64,000 bases of DNA from an uncultured Gemmatimonadales bacterium (GTDB lineage: Bacteria; Gemmatimonadota; Gemmatimonadetes; Gemmatimonadales; GWC2-71-9). Made by a program: the position numbers and the translations under genes. Of the stretch, positions 36,094 through 46,011 are shown one piece after another. The notes below the pieces were generated by a model. It searched no databases. It was not told the origin of the DNA and saw only the letters and a program-made list of their open reading frames with translations. The DNA lies in contig CAVWRM010000001.1 in NCBI GenBank assembly GCA_963757525.1, positions 1,463,125 to 1,527,124 on the forward strand, in the 5' to 3' direction. Position 1 is the stretch's first letter, and each line of letters opens with the position of its first letter.

Positions 36094-38364
36094 GTGCTGT
36101 TCCCGGTTGTCGTTGCCTTGCTGCAGGTTGCGGCCCCCACTGGCGCGATCGCGGGTACCGTACGCGACGACGCGCAGGGACGGCCGCTGGCCGGCGTTCA
36201 GATCGAGACCGGACCGGCCGGCGGCGTCACCAGCGATTCCCTCGGCCACTATTCCATCGCCGGACTGGACGCCGGCCCCCACCGCCTTCGCTTCTTTACA
36301 CCCGGGTATCAGCCACTCGAGCTGCGCGTGCTGCTGCCGGACGGATCGTCCGAGACCACGGTCGATGTGCAGCTCGCGGCCCGGCCCACCCAACTGCCTA
36401 CGCTCCAGGTGGTGGCCTCCTCCAGCGACTCGTCTCGCCGCGATCCCATCGCCGAGCTCGGCCGGACTGCGCTGAGACGCGACTGGCTCGATTGGCGGCT
36501 GGCCGGCGAGGGTGACGTGCACCGTGCCCTGACCGCGGTGCCAGGAGTGCAGGGACGGGGCGAGACCGCCACCGGACTCCACGTGCGCGGGGGCGCCTCG
36601 TCCGACAACCTCATGCTGCTCGACGGGATTCCCCTCGTCTCCGCGGTGCACTTTTCCAGCGCATCGAGTGCCGTCAATCCCGACGTCATCGCCGGTGCCG
36701 ACCTCCACGCCGGCGTCGCCTCGGCACGGTTCGGGGATCACCTTGCCGGTGTGGTCGAGCTCGAGACCAGCGATCCCGCCCCCTCAGGGTTCCAGGCCCG
36801 CGGCTCCGTCGCCTCCACCGATGTCCGTCAGACGGTCATCGGCTACCTGCCTTCCTTGCGAACAGGCATCGTGCTGGGTGCCAGGACCAGCGTCCGGGAC
36901 GCGCTCATGGGTGAGGGCCACGGGGGGCAGGGCAGCGGCTATCGCGACCTGGTGGGTGTCGCCACCAGCCGAGTCGGGGACGGCCGTCTCCGTCTGGTTT
37001 CCTTCCTGGCAGGCAATCGGCTGGAGTTCCCCTCCGTCGGCGACGTCGATCTGGATTCGACCGCGCCCGAGGATGCCGGGGAGCTCCCCGGCGCCCGGAA
37101 CAACAGCATAGCCTGGAACAGTCACAGCCAGGGACTCACCTGGAGCCGCACGTCGCCGTCGGGGGCCTTCCTCGAGACCGCGGCGTGGTGGGTCGGCAGC
37201 TCCGCCCGGATCGGATGGCAGACGGCCGACGGAGTCGAGCGGCTCCGCAGCGATCTGAGTGAGCTAGGACTTTCCGCGCGGGTCGCCTGGCCCAACGGGA
37301 TCACGGCAGGCGGATCGCTTCTCCGGCCCACTACCCGGTACGAGGTCACCGCCGCCGGCACGCCTTCCGTGTCCGGGCTGACGTTCGGCGCCGCCCCCGC
37401 GGTGGGCTCGCTGTTCGCCGAGCGTTCGTGGCTGCCCTGGAATGCCCTTCGCCTTACCACCGGACTGCGGGCGAGCACCGATTTTTCCGGCTGGGCCGGA
37501 CTCGAGCCCCGGATCACGGCCCTGCTCGACGCCGATGCCAATACCCGCTTCGGCATCGGCATCGGTCGAAGCCACCAGGTGGTCCAGTCGGCGCTCAATG
37601 ATGAATCCGCGCTGGGACTTCTGCTCGGACTCGACCTGCCCGTGGCGGCGCGGCCCGGCCTCCCGGTGGCCCGGGCGGATCAGCTCGAGCTGCTCGCCTC
37701 CCGGCGCCTGGCGGAGGGCCTCGATCTATCGGTGTCGGGATACCTCCGCCGGACGAGCGGCGTCGCCCTCGGTGCGGCGTCGACTCTCGGGTTCTTCCCC
37801 GACGACAGCCTCATCGTCGGCCGGGGCGATGCGAGAGGTGTCTCGGGGGCCCTCGAGTTGAGGCGAGGACGCTTCGCCGGCTCCGCCTCCCTCACCATCG
37901 CTCGGGATGAGCGAACCGCGGGGGCCATCCGCTACGACCCGAGCTACGGTCACGGCCCCAGCTTTTCCGTGGATCTCGGCTATCGCATCCAGGCGGACAC
38001 TCGGCTGCTTGCGCGGCTCCAGGGCGGGGCCCGGCAGCCGACATCGGTGGTGGCTCCCGGATTCGAGTGGACGCCGGCCCCTTCTTTCGGTCATTCAGGT
38101 GAGCTGGCCGGCACCCCGGAGAATCTTCCCGGTGAGGTGAACGGCGCCCGGCTTCCCGCCTATACCCGCCTCGATCTCGGCGTGCGCCGCTCCTGGCGCG
38201 TCCCAGGGTTCGCCACCGGGACCGCACTGACCACCGCCCTCTCGGTCACCAACGTGCTCGACCGCCGGAACGTGCTGGGACTCGTCGCCCGCCCCGGCGG
38301 GGGGCTCGGCGTCATCCATGGGCTGTCCCGGTCCCTCGCGCTCGAGGTCGGCTGGCGCTTCTGA
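36094..38364 (+). CDS. TonB-dependent receptor-like outer-membrane protein with a carboxypeptidase-regulatory-like N-domain
   Basis: GTVRDDAQGRPLAGVQIE..GHYSIAGLDAGPHRLRF, a plug-like LTAVPGVQGRG..LHVRGGASSDNLMLLDGIPL, a long barrel region, and a C-terminal aromatic residue (LEVGWRF). Confidence 0.8.
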   Translation: MLFPVVVALLQVAAPTGAIAGTVRDDAQGRPLAGVQIETGPAGGVTSDSLGHYSIAGLDAGPHRLRFFTPGYQPLELRVLLPDGSSETTVDVQLAARPTQLPTLQVVASSSDSSRRDPIAELGRTALRRDWLDWRLAGEGDVHRALTAVPGVQGRGETATGLHVRGGASSDNLMLLDGIPLVSAVHFSSASSAVNPDVIAGADLHAGVASARFGDHLAGVVELETSDPAPSGFQARGSVASTDVRQTVIGYLPSLRTGIVLGARTSVRDALMGEGHGGQGSGYRDLVGVATSRVGDGRLRLVSFLAGNRLEFPSVGDVDLDSTAPEDAGELPGARNNSIAWNSHSQGLTWSRTSPSGAFLETAAWWVGSSARIGWQTADGVERLRSDLSELGLSARVAWPNGITAGGSLLRPTTRYEVTAAGTPSVSGLTFGAAPAVGSLFAERSWLPWNALRLTTGLRASTDFSGWAGLEPRITALLDADANTRFGIGIGRSHQVVQSALNDESALGLLLGLDLPVAARPGLPVARADQLELLASRRLAEGLDLSVSGYLRRTSGVALGAASTLGFFPDDSLIVGRGDARGVSGALELRRGRFAGSASLTIARDERTAGAIRYDPSYGHGPSFSVDLGYRIQADTRLLARLQGGARQPTSVVAPGFEWTPAPSFGHSGELAGTPENLPGEVNGARLPAYTRLDLGVRRSWRVPGFATGTALTTALSVTNVLDRRNVLGLVARPGGGLGVIHGLSRSLALEVGWRF

Positions 38365-38378
38365 CGTGGTTGTCACAA

Positions 38379-38400
38379 GGGAACGCCGTCGCGCGTTCCC
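38379..38400 (+). terminator. GC-rich hairpin (GGGAACGC-N6-GCGTTCCC) just after the receptor stop
   Basis: An exact 8-bp inverted repeat, read directly, with no T-run. It argues that the sigma CDS starts downstream of TTG 38370. Confidence 0.4.
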
Positions 38401-38489
38401 CTGACGTGCCCCGCTACGCGACACCTCTCCCGCTCACGCCGTTGCGTTTCGGTGCCTCTACCGAAGGGGACTCCGCCGCGTCCATCATC

Positions 38490-39014
38490 GTGCCTCGGGA
38501 CGGCCCTTCGTTCGAGGAAGAGTTCCGCGCGTGCTACGCCGCACGCTTCGCCTCGCTCTTCACCTATCTGGACCGCCTGACGAGCGATCCTGACCTCGCC
38601 TCGGACATCGCGCAGGAGGCCTTCGCGCGGCTTCATCGCCGGGGCGAGATGCCCGACCAGCCGGGCGGCTGGCTCGCCGCCGTGGCCAACAACCTGATCC
38701 GCGACGAGCAACGGCGGTCCAGTCGCCAGCTGCGGCTGTTGGCCGACGAGCCCACCCGGGCGCCATCGGGATCCCCCGCCGCCGATCCTGCCGAGACGCT
38801 CGAGCGCGCCGAGAAGGTCCGGGCCGTGAGGGCCGCGCTCGACACGCTCAGCGCCCGTGATCGTCAGGCGCTCCTCCTCCGGCATGCCGGTTACAGCTAC
38901 CGCGAGATCGCGGCGGCGCTGCGTCTGGCCGAAACGAGCGTGGGCACCACGCTGGTTCGGGCGGGACGGGCGTTCCGGACCGCGTTCAAGGAGATGCACG
39001 GTGCACCCGAGTGA
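38490..39014 (+). CDS. ECF-type RNA polymerase sigma factor
   Basis: Region 2 (FEEEFRACYAARFASLFTYLDRLTSDPDLASDIAQEAF) and region 4 (LSARDRQALLLRHAGYSYREIAAALRLAETSVGTTLVRAGRAF). The start is uncertain, with candidates TTG 38370, GTG 38406 and GTG 38490. Confidence 0.8.
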   Translation: MPRDGPSFEEEFRACYAARFASLFTYLDRLTSDPDLASDIAQEAFARLHRRGEMPDQPGGWLAAVANNLIRDEQRRSSRQLRLLADEPTRAPSGSPAADPAETLERAEKVRAVRAALDTLSARDRQALLLRHAGYSYREIAAALRLAETSVGTTLVRAGRAFRTAFKEMHGAPE

Positions 39015-39723
39015 TGCGGCCCTGCTCGCCTGGATCCACGGCGAGCTGGGCCCCGGCGCGACGGCCGAGATGACGGATCACCTGCAGGCATGCGACGCCT
39101 GCGACCACAGGGCGCGCGAGATCCGCGAGGGAGACGCGGAGGAGGGTCGATTGCTCGGTGTTCTCGATCATCCGGTGCCGGTGCTTCGGCCCCCGGACCT
39201 GCTGGCCCCCCGGCGCCGGTTCCGCCGCCCGATCCTCGCCGCTTCTCTCGGGCTTCTGGTCGCCGGCGCGGCAGCGGCCGCGGTGCCGGGCTCTCCGGTA
39301 CACCGCTGGATTCACGACCGGCTGCTCTCGTCTCCCGCTCAGGAGCCGGCTCCCCACCACGCGTCGTCGCCGCCGGTGCCGCTACCGGGTCAGGCCGCCG
39401 GCGGCGTCGAGGTGCCGGTTGCGCCCTGGCTGACGGTCGCGTTCGGCGCCGAGGAGCCGGGTGGCGTGCTCAGCGTCACCGTCGCCGAACGGCCCGACGT
39501 GTCGCTCAAGGCGTTCGGCGGGCAGGTCGCCTACCAGATCGGCGCGGGCAGGATCGTAGTCGACAACCGGCGGCCCGCCGGGCCGTACGCGCTGGAGCTG
39601 CCGGCGGGCGTCAGGCGACTCACGGTGGTCCTGGGTGACCGCACCATCTACGACTCCCAGGGCTCGGCGCCGGGCACCACCGGCCACGACACGATTCCTC
39701 TTTCGGCGGAGCACGCCCGATGA
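39001..39723 (+). CDS. Anti-sigma factor (zf-HC2 type) with one TM segment
   Basis: GTG 39001 with AGGAG 8 nt upstream, overlapping the sigma 3' end by 14 nt. Motif HLQACDACDHRAREI (H-x3-C-x2-C). TM helix ILAASLGLLVAGAAAAAV. Confidence 0.7.
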   Translation: MHPSDAALLAWIHGELGPGATAEMTDHLQACDACDHRAREIREGDAEEGRLLGVLDHPVPVLRPPDLLAPRRRFRRPILAASLGLLVAGAAAAAVPGSPVHRWIHDRLLSSPAQEPAPHHASSPPVPLPGQAAGGVEVPVAPWLTVAFGAEEPGGVLSVTVAERPDVSLKAFGGQVAYQIGAGRIVVDNRRPAGPYALELPAGVRRLTVVLGDRTIYDSQGSAPGTTGHDTIPLSAEHAR

Positions 39724-40334
39724 CGCGGTTGCGCCTTGCTGCGGCGATCCTGTGTGTCCTCGCCTCACCCGCGATGGCGCAGACGGTGCCCGACACCGGA
39801 TCGTCGGGCCCTCGTCTCTCCGCACTCACGGTGCACTTCGAGCCCGATTCCACGGCGGTCTCGCCACCGGACACGGGTGACCGGCGCCCGAGGGCCATCC
39901 AGTACAGCGACGCCTATGGTACCCGGCTCGCCATCCATCGCTATGCCAGCTACGCCGAGCTGCCGCTCTTCGCGACTGAATACGTGCTGGGGCAGCGCAT
40001 TCTCAACGGGCAGCGCACCGGGGACTTCGCCTCGCCGGGAACCCGCTCGGCGCACAAGGTGGTCGCGGGCGCGCTGGGCGCCCTGTTCGCCGTCAACACC
40101 GTGACCGGCGTATGGAACATGATCGAGGCCCGCCACGATCCGTCGGGCCGGACCAGGCGCAATCTCCATGCGCTCACCATGCTGCTGGCCGACGCCGGAT
40201 TTCTCTACACGGCCTCGCTGGCGGGGGACGCGCGGGAGAGCCAGGACGGGGCCAACAAGCACCGCAATGCCGCTATCGCTTCCATCAGCGTCGCGACCGT
40301 GTCGACCCTCATGATGTGGCTCTGGAAGGACTGA
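39720..40334 (+). CDS. Secreted/membrane hypothetical protein (204 aa)
   Basis: ATGA overlap with the anti-sigma stop. Signal peptide AAAILCVLASPAMAQ and C-terminal hydrophobic helices. No family recognised. Confidence 0.55.
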   Translation: MTRLRLAAAILCVLASPAMAQTVPDTGSSGPRLSALTVHFEPDSTAVSPPDTGDRRPRAIQYSDAYGTRLAIHRYASYAELPLFATEYVLGQRILNGQRTGDFASPGTRSAHKVVAGALGALFAVNTVTGVWNMIEARHDPSGRTRRNLHALTMLLADAGFLYTASLAGDARESQDGANKHRNAAIASISVATVSTLMMWLWKD

Positions 40335-40336
40335 CG

Positions 40337-40846
40337 ATGACGGTGGTGCAGACACTGGTCCATGCCTTTGCCCCGTGGCAGTCGCTGTACGCCGATTCCA
40401 AGTCGGTGGCCTCGGTGGTGACCGGGGTCCATCTGGTCGGCATGCTGTTCGGGGGTGGGCTCGCGGTGGCCGCCGATCGGTCCACCCTTCGCGCCTTGCG
40501 ACGCGAGCCCGCCGAGCGGGCCCGGGCCCTCGCCGAGCTGCGCGCCGTGCATCGCCCGGTGCTCGTGGCGCTCGGGCTCCTGTTCCTGAGCGGCGCAGCC
40601 CTCGCGGCGGCCGACGTGGAGACCTTCGCCGGCTCTCCGGTCTTCATCGTGAAGCTGGCTCTGGTGGCGCTGCTGCTCGCCAACGGCGCCGTCCTCGAGC
40701 GCACCGAGCACGCCCTGCAATCGACCGTGGTGGGCCCCCGTCATGAGTCCCGGCTGTGGCGGCGCCTGCGCTGGACCTCCCGCCTCAGTCTCGTGCTGTG
40801 GACCAGCACCGTCGTGGCCGGCACCGTCCTCGTCAATGCGGCCTAG
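40337..40846 (+). CDS. Integral membrane protein (169 aa, about 4 TM), function unknown
   Basis: ATG lies 2 nt after the preceding stop. Helices include VVTGVHLVGMLFGGGLAVAA and VLVALGLLFLSGAALAAA. Confidence 0.55.
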   Translation: MTVVQTLVHAFAPWQSLYADSKSVASVVTGVHLVGMLFGGGLAVAADRSTLRALRREPAERARALAELRAVHRPVLVALGLLFLSGAALAAADVETFAGSPVFIVKLALVALLLANGAVLERTEHALQSTVVGPRHESRLWRRLRWTSRLSLVLWTSTVVAGTVLVNAA

Positions 40847-40884
40847 CCGAAGCCCCGAAACCTCCTTTCCCCATGGATCGCTGA

Positions 40885-41409
40885 ATGCAGCCACCTGACG
40901 CCCCACGAACGCCCGCCTGCGAGGCCTGCGAGTTTTCTCTCGGCCGCCGCGGCTTTCTCCAGGGCATCGGCCTCGCCTCTCTTGCCGTCCTGGCCGGGCT
41001 TGGAGTTCCGAGCCAGGTCGCGATCGCCATGACGCCGCAACCCGCCAGGGCGCGACGGGTGCTGGGTGGGAATCCCACCTATCCCATCCCTCCGGCCGAT
41101 GGCGTCCAGATCGACCGCGATCAGGAGGTGATTCTGGTCCGGTGGCAGGGGGCGGTCTACGCCTTCAACCTCTCCTGTCCCCATCAGCGAACCGCGCTCC
41201 GCTGGAACGCGGGCGATTCCCAGTTCCAGTGTCCCAAGCATCACTCGAAGTACCGGCCGGACGGAACGTTCGTTTCGGGACGGGCGACACGGGGAATGGA
41301 CCGCTTCTCGGTGACCCGAAGCGGCGACGACATCGTCGTCGACGTGGGCGCCATGCACAAGGAAGATCACGACCGGGCCGGGTGGGACGCCTCGGTCGTC
41401 CATCTCTAA
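40885..41409 (+). CDS. Tat-exported Rieske [2Fe-2S] protein
   Basis: Twin-arginine signal SLGRRGFLQG. Rieske ligand motifs CPHQ...CPKH. Confidence 0.8.
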   Translation: MQPPDAPRTPACEACEFSLGRRGFLQGIGLASLAVLAGLGVPSQVAIAMTPQPARARRVLGGNPTYPIPPADGVQIDRDQEVILVRWQGAVYAFNLSCPHQRTALRWNAGDSQFQCPKHHSKYRPDGTFVSGRATRGMDRFSVTRSGDDIVVDVGAMHKEDHDRAGWDASVVHL

Positions 41410-41427
41410 GGTGCGGAGGGTTCAATC

Positions 41428-41886
41428 ATGTTCGATCGAACGGATGACGCGATCACCGGGACGGCCGAGGTGTGCGATGCCTGCCTGAGCCGGCGGACAT
41501 TCCTGGCGCATATGGCCGTCGCGGGCGTGGCGGCGTTTCTCGCCGGCTGCGCCGGGGGCTCGTCCACCGGTCCGTCGGGACCGCTCGAAGTGACCGTGGC
41601 GAACTTCCCCCCACTGGCCTCGATAGGCGGCATCGCGCGCGTGGACGGCAACAGCGGCAAACCGATCGCCGCGGTCCGGACAGGAGACTCCCAGTACGCG
41701 GCCTTCTCGCTGGTCTGCCCTCACCAGGGCGCCACCGTGGGGATCGACGGCTCCGGCTTCCGCTGCCCCCAGCACGGCGCCCGTTTCGCGGCCGACGGTA
41801 GCTGGACCGGCGGACAGCCGACGTCGAATCTGCACTCCCTGCCGACTCAGTTCGATTCCGCGACCGGGATCCTCACGATCAGCTGA
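41428..41886 (+). CDS. Tat-exported Rieske [2Fe-2S] lipoprotein
   Basis: Twin-arginine signal LSRRTFLAH with lipobox FLAGC. Rieske ligand motifs CPHQG...CPQHG. Confidence 0.8.
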   Translation: MFDRTDDAITGTAEVCDACLSRRTFLAHMAVAGVAAFLAGCAGGSSTGPSGPLEVTVANFPPLASIGGIARVDGNSGKPIAAVRTGDSQYAAFSLVCPHQGATVGIDGSGFRCPQHGARFAADGSWTGGQPTSNLHSLPTQFDSATGILTIS

Positions 41887-42010
41887 TCCTCGGCGCCATG
41901 CAGACCCGCCCTCGGAGAGCTTTGTAGCGCATTGATCGACCGCTGACCGCTCCCTGCCTCAGGCCGCGGGCTTACATTGTCTGGTGAAATGAACGTGCGC
42001 GCAGCAGTCC

Positions 42011-42330
42011 ATGCGCGGTTACCCGCTCGGCACCGCGTGGCCCATCCTCCCCGGCTCACCCGCGCCGACATGCCGGTCGCCGCCCCGAGGCGGCGAACGG
42101 CACGAAGTTCATCGGCTCGCCCACGACGGGCGCCAACGGAGATGTCACGGTGATCGCATTGCCCGGCGGGGTGACGATGTCGTTCACCGGACAGGCCGTG
42201 CGCCACGCCGACGGCCCGCAGCTTCAGCGGATCGGGCTCGTGCCGGACGTGCTGGTGCGGCCGACCATCGCGGGGCTTCGGGCGGGGCGGGACGAGGTGC
42301 TGGAGCGGGCGGTGCGGTATCTGGAAGGAA
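42011..42330 (+). pseudogene. Relic of the C-terminal end of an S41-family peptidase, scattered over several frames
   Basis: In one frame: KFIGSPTTGANGDVTVIALPGGVTMSFTGQAVRHADGPQLQRIGLVPDVLVRPTIAGLRAGRDEVLERAVRYL (S41 C-terminal pattern). Upstream pieces MRGYPLGTAWPIL and RLTRADMPVAAP lie in other frames. There is no N-terminal part and no proper stop. Confidence 0.45.
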
Positions 42331-42487
42331 CACAGCCGGGGCGACCGGGGCGCCGATTCGAGGTCTCAATGGCGCAGCCTAGCCGGTTCGCCTGTCTCCC
42401 ATTTCTACCGGAACGCTCCCCGTTCGCAGGCCGGAGAGGTCGCAGGCTGATGCGCCGGGCACGACGTGCGGAGCTGAGAGGCCCGCC

Positions 42488-44926
42488 CTATTCGGCCTGG
42501 AGCGTCCGTGCCGGGTCGACCCCGGTCGCCCGCCGCGCCGGCAGCAGCGTGGCGAGGAGGGCGATGCCCGTCAGCACCACGGCGGCGATCACGAACGTGA
42601 GAGGATCGGTGACGCTCGTCTCGTACAGCTCGGAGCGCAGCCACCGTGTGCTGGCGAGCGCGGCGGCCGCGCCCAGAAGCACACCGGCGCCCGCGAGTCG
42701 CAGGCCTTCGCCCATGACCAGCGCGAGCACGTCCCGGCGTTGCGCCCCGAGCGCCACCCGGATGGCCATCTCGCGGCCGCGCTGCGCCACGAGGTAGGCT
42801 ACCACCCCATAGATGCCGAGGGCGGCGAGCAGCAGCGCGGGCAGCGCGAATGCTCCGAGGAGCCCGGTGATGAACCGGCGGTAGGCGAGCGACTGCCGCA
42901 GCATCGACGGGAGGTCGTACACCCGGTTGTAGAGCGATGCGCTCTCGAGCGGCAGGTCGGGCTCGACCGTATGGGCCGCGCGGGTCACTGCCGGTATCAT
43001 CGCCGCGGGGTCCCCGGCGGTACGGACCACGAGGGACATCCAGCCCCACACCGTCACCGTGTAGGGCAGGTACACCTCAGGCACGAAGTCGGTGTCCAGT
43101 GAGTAGTGCCGCACGTTGCCCACGACCCCGACGATCGTCGCCCGCACCCGCTCCCCGAACTCCGGACGGCCCTGCGCCGACTTCCGCACCGCGATGCGCT
43201 TGCCCAGGGCGTCGCCGCCCGGCCAGTACCGTGCCGCGAGCGCCTGGTTCACCAGCACCACGTCGCCGGGATGCTCCAGCTCGTCGGCGGTGAAGCCGCG
43301 GCCGCGCACGATGGGGATGCCGGCCGTGCGGAAGTACGCTGTGTCCACCTCGCGAAACAGCGCCTGATCGCTCTCGCGGGCGGCCGCGCCTTCCACCTCG
43401 ACGGGAGTGTCGATGGAGGCGCCGCTCAGCGGGACGTGGTTGGTGAGCGCGACCGACCTCACGCCCGGCACCGCCGCCACGGCCGCCGCCACGTCTCGAT
43501 AGAGCTGCAGCGCGCGGTCGGGGCTCGCGTACTTATCCGTAGGCGCCATGATCGGCACCGCCAGCAGGTGCTCCTCGTCGAACCCGGTGCGAACCCGCTG
43601 CAGCCGCTCGAGACTGCGGATCAGCAGGCCGGCCCCGGTGAGCAGTACGAGCGCGTGCGCGATCTCCCCGACTACCAGCGCCCCGCGGAGTCGGCGGCGG
43701 ACCGGCAGGGCACCCGTCCCGAAACCCTCCCGCAGTCCGGCGATGAGCGAGCTCGAGCCACGGAGCGCGGGCAGCACCCCGAGCCCGACCACGAGGGCCA
43801 CCGCGAGCGCCACGGCGGCCACCATCGCGAGCGGGTCGACCGCGAGCTCGCCGGCGCGGGGGAGGAGGTCCGCCGCCCCGACCCGTAACCAGCCCACGAG
43901 GAGGACCGCGGCCGCGAGGCCTATCGCGCCGGCTGTCACCCCCAGCACCACGCACTCGGCGGCGAGCAGCCGAAGCAGCGCGCCGCGTCCCCCGCCGAGC
44001 GCCGTTCGGATCGCGAGCTCGCGGGCACGGGCGCCGGCCCTCGCCAGCGCGAGCGCCGCGACGTTGACGCACGCGATGAGCAGCACGAAGACCGCCGCCA
44101 CCGTCAGCAGCCGGAGCTGCGGCCCGGCTCCGCCCAGGATCTCCGCGGCCACCGGCAGGAACGCGACCCTCCGCCAGCCGCCGTTCTCCGCCGGATAGGC
44201 CTCGGCCAGGTGGGCGGTCACGGCGGAGAGCGCCTGCACGCCGCCGGCCGAATCCACGCCGGCGCGGAGCCGCCCGACGACCCGGCTGTCCGTATGCAGG
44301 CCCCGCTGTTGCAGCTCGGGGCTCGAGGGAAGAATGACGGTGATCGGCGCCCAGAGATCGGCCCACGTCGGGTACCCGAAGTCCACCGGCATCACACCGA
44401 CGATGGTGTAGCCGCGCGCGACGAAGGTGACGTTCCGGCCGATCACCGATAGGTCTCCCCCGAACCGCCGCTGCCAGAGTGGCCAAGAGATCACCGCGAC
44501 CGCCGGCGCGCCGGGGGAGAAGTCGGAAGGCTCGAGGGCGCGGCCCACCGCCGCTGGCTCGGGAAGCACCCGGAAGTACTGGTCCGAGACGTATGCGCAA
44601 ATCAGACGCTCGGCGCCGTTGGCGCTCTTCAGCACCTCTCCCTGACCGCGCACGAAGGCAAGCGCTTCGAAGGCGCTGGTGCCGGTGTGCCAGTCCTGGA
44701 AGGTGGGATACGAGGCAGGCCGGATATTGTCGGCGGAATCACGCTCGGCGATCATCATCACCCTATCGGCGGGCGCCCACGGAAGCGGTCGCAGGATGAC
44801 GGAGCGGAGGACGCTGAAGACGGCGGTCGTGCCGCCTATGCCGAGTGCCAGGGTGAGGACGACCGTGACGGTGTAGCCCGGGGTGCGGGCGAGCGTGCGA
44901 AGGGCGTGGCGGAGCTCGCGCAGCAT
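42488..44926 (-). CDS. ADOP-family duplicated ABC-type permease (MacB/FtsX-like)
   Basis: Track ORF 42488..44995 trimmed to ATG 44926 (MLRELRHALRTLARTPGYTVTVVLTLALGIGGTTAVFSV). It has two MacB_PCD/FtsX modules and is homologous to 61910-64000. Confidence 0.85.
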   Translation of the reverse strand: MLRELRHALRTLARTPGYTVTVVLTLALGIGGTTAVFSVLRSVILRPLPWAPADRVMMIAERDSADNIRPASYPTFQDWHTGTSAFEALAFVRGQGEVLKSANGAERLICAYVSDQYFRVLPEPAAVGRALEPSDFSPGAPAVAVISWPLWQRRFGGDLSVIGRNVTFVARGYTIVGVMPVDFGYPTWADLWAPITVILPSSPELQQRGLHTDSRVVGRLRAGVDSAGGVQALSAVTAHLAEAYPAENGGWRRVAFLPVAAEILGGAGPQLRLLTVAAVFVLLIACVNVAALALARAGARARELAIRTALGGGRGALLRLLAAECVVLGVTAGAIGLAAAVLLVGWLRVGAADLLPRAGELAVDPLAMVAAVALAVALVVGLGVLPALRGSSSLIAGLREGFGTGALPVRRRLRGALVVGEIAHALVLLTGAGLLIRSLERLQRVRTGFDEEHLLAVPIMAPTDKYASPDRALQLYRDVAAAVAAVPGVRSVALTNHVPLSGASIDTPVEVEGAAARESDQALFREVDTAYFRTAGIPIVRGRGFTADELEHPGDVVLVNQALAARYWPGGDALGKRIAVRKSAQGRPEFGERVRATIVGVVGNVRHYSLDTDFVPEVYLPYTVTVWGWMSLVVRTAGDPAAMIPAVTRAAHTVEPDLPLESASLYNRVYDLPSMLRQSLAYRRFITGLLGAFALPALLLAALGIYGVVAYLVAQRGREMAIRVALGAQRRDVLALVMGEGLRLAGAGVLLGAAAALASTRWLRSELYETSVTDPLTFVIAAVVLTGIALLATLLPARRATGVDPARTLQAE

Positions 44927-45019
44927 GTCCGCGATACTACTCGAAGAAAACCGCCGCCGAAAGTCGCGATCTCTCGGCGGCGGTTCACCTGCCACTTCCC
45001 GGGGCCGACCACTCCCCGG

Positions 45020-45727
45020 TCATGCCGCGGGTCTCCCCTCGCCGCCCGCTGTCGGCGTCCCACCCGGCCTCGCATCGTGCTCCTTCGCCGTCCGCTCCGG
45101 CACGCCCAGCACCTTCTGCGCACTGACCCACTGCTCCAGCGCCTGACGGTCGTCCTGATACCGCAGCCGGTTCCGGGCATCCATCGCCCGGACCACGTCG
45201 TGCGCCTGCGTCGTCATGGTCTTCAGCTCGCGCGTGGCGGCGGTGTGCACCGTCCGGCCACCTGCACCCAGACGTACCGCCGCGTCGAGCTCGTCCAGCG
45301 AATTCCCGAACTGCGCCAGCACCGACTCCGACAGCCCGTGCTTCACCAGCACTTCCTTGTGCGCCCGGGCCGCCGTGAACATTCCCCGCGCCGCCGCCTG
45401 GAAGGCCAGCAGCGTGTCGGCCGTCGGCTTGAACACGAACAGGCTCCGAAGCTCGTGGTCCTCACGCGCCGCCAGCGACCCGATCTTCGCCAGGTGGGCG
45501 ATCGGACTCGCCAACATCTCGCGCCGGAGCTCCTGCTTCCGCGCCGACGCCGCGCGCGAGTCGATCCTCCCGCTGCGCTGCTCGTCCACGACCTGGGCCA
45601 TGCGCGCCACCAGCGCCTGGAGCCGCCCGACGAGCACGACCATGCCGGGCTCGTCATCCGGATGCGCGGTCAGCCAGGCCTGCACGCGCAAACACATTTC
45701 GTACACCCTACGTGTTACCGCTTTCAT
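45020..45727 (-). CDS. Hypothetical helical protein (235 aa)
   Basis: Track ORF 45020..45940 trimmed to ATG 45727 with GGAGGG upstream. Protein-like composition but no family recognised. Confidence 0.5.
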   Translation of the reverse strand: MKAVTRRVYEMCLRVQAWLTAHPDDEPGMVVLVGRLQALVARMAQVVDEQRSGRIDSRAASARKQELRREMLASPIAHLAKIGSLAAREDHELRSLFVFKPTADTLLAFQAAARGMFTAARAHKEVLVKHGLSESVLAQFGNSLDELDAAVRLGAGGRTVHTAATRELKTMTTQAHDVVRAMDARNRLRYQDDRQALEQWVSAQKVLGVPERTAKEHDARPGGTPTAGGEGRPAA

Positions 45728-46011
45728 CTTCCCTCCACCATGGTGCTCGGCAGTGACGGGCATCCACCGGCACTGTTGATGAGACTGCGATGCATGACTC
45801 GATCGAAGAAAGCACCCGCGATTCGATCGCGAGGGTGCGCTCATGCATCGAGTGTGCCAATCAGGGCGCACGTGTCGCGAGCGTGCGGTGCGACATCGAG
45901 CGTGAGTGCGCGCGGCGATTGCACTTGCGCTGCGAATCACCAGCGCGTTTGCGCGCCGGCGTCATCGAGACCGAAGGAAGTGGAATGTCCTCCCGGTGGA
46001 CACTCCGATCC

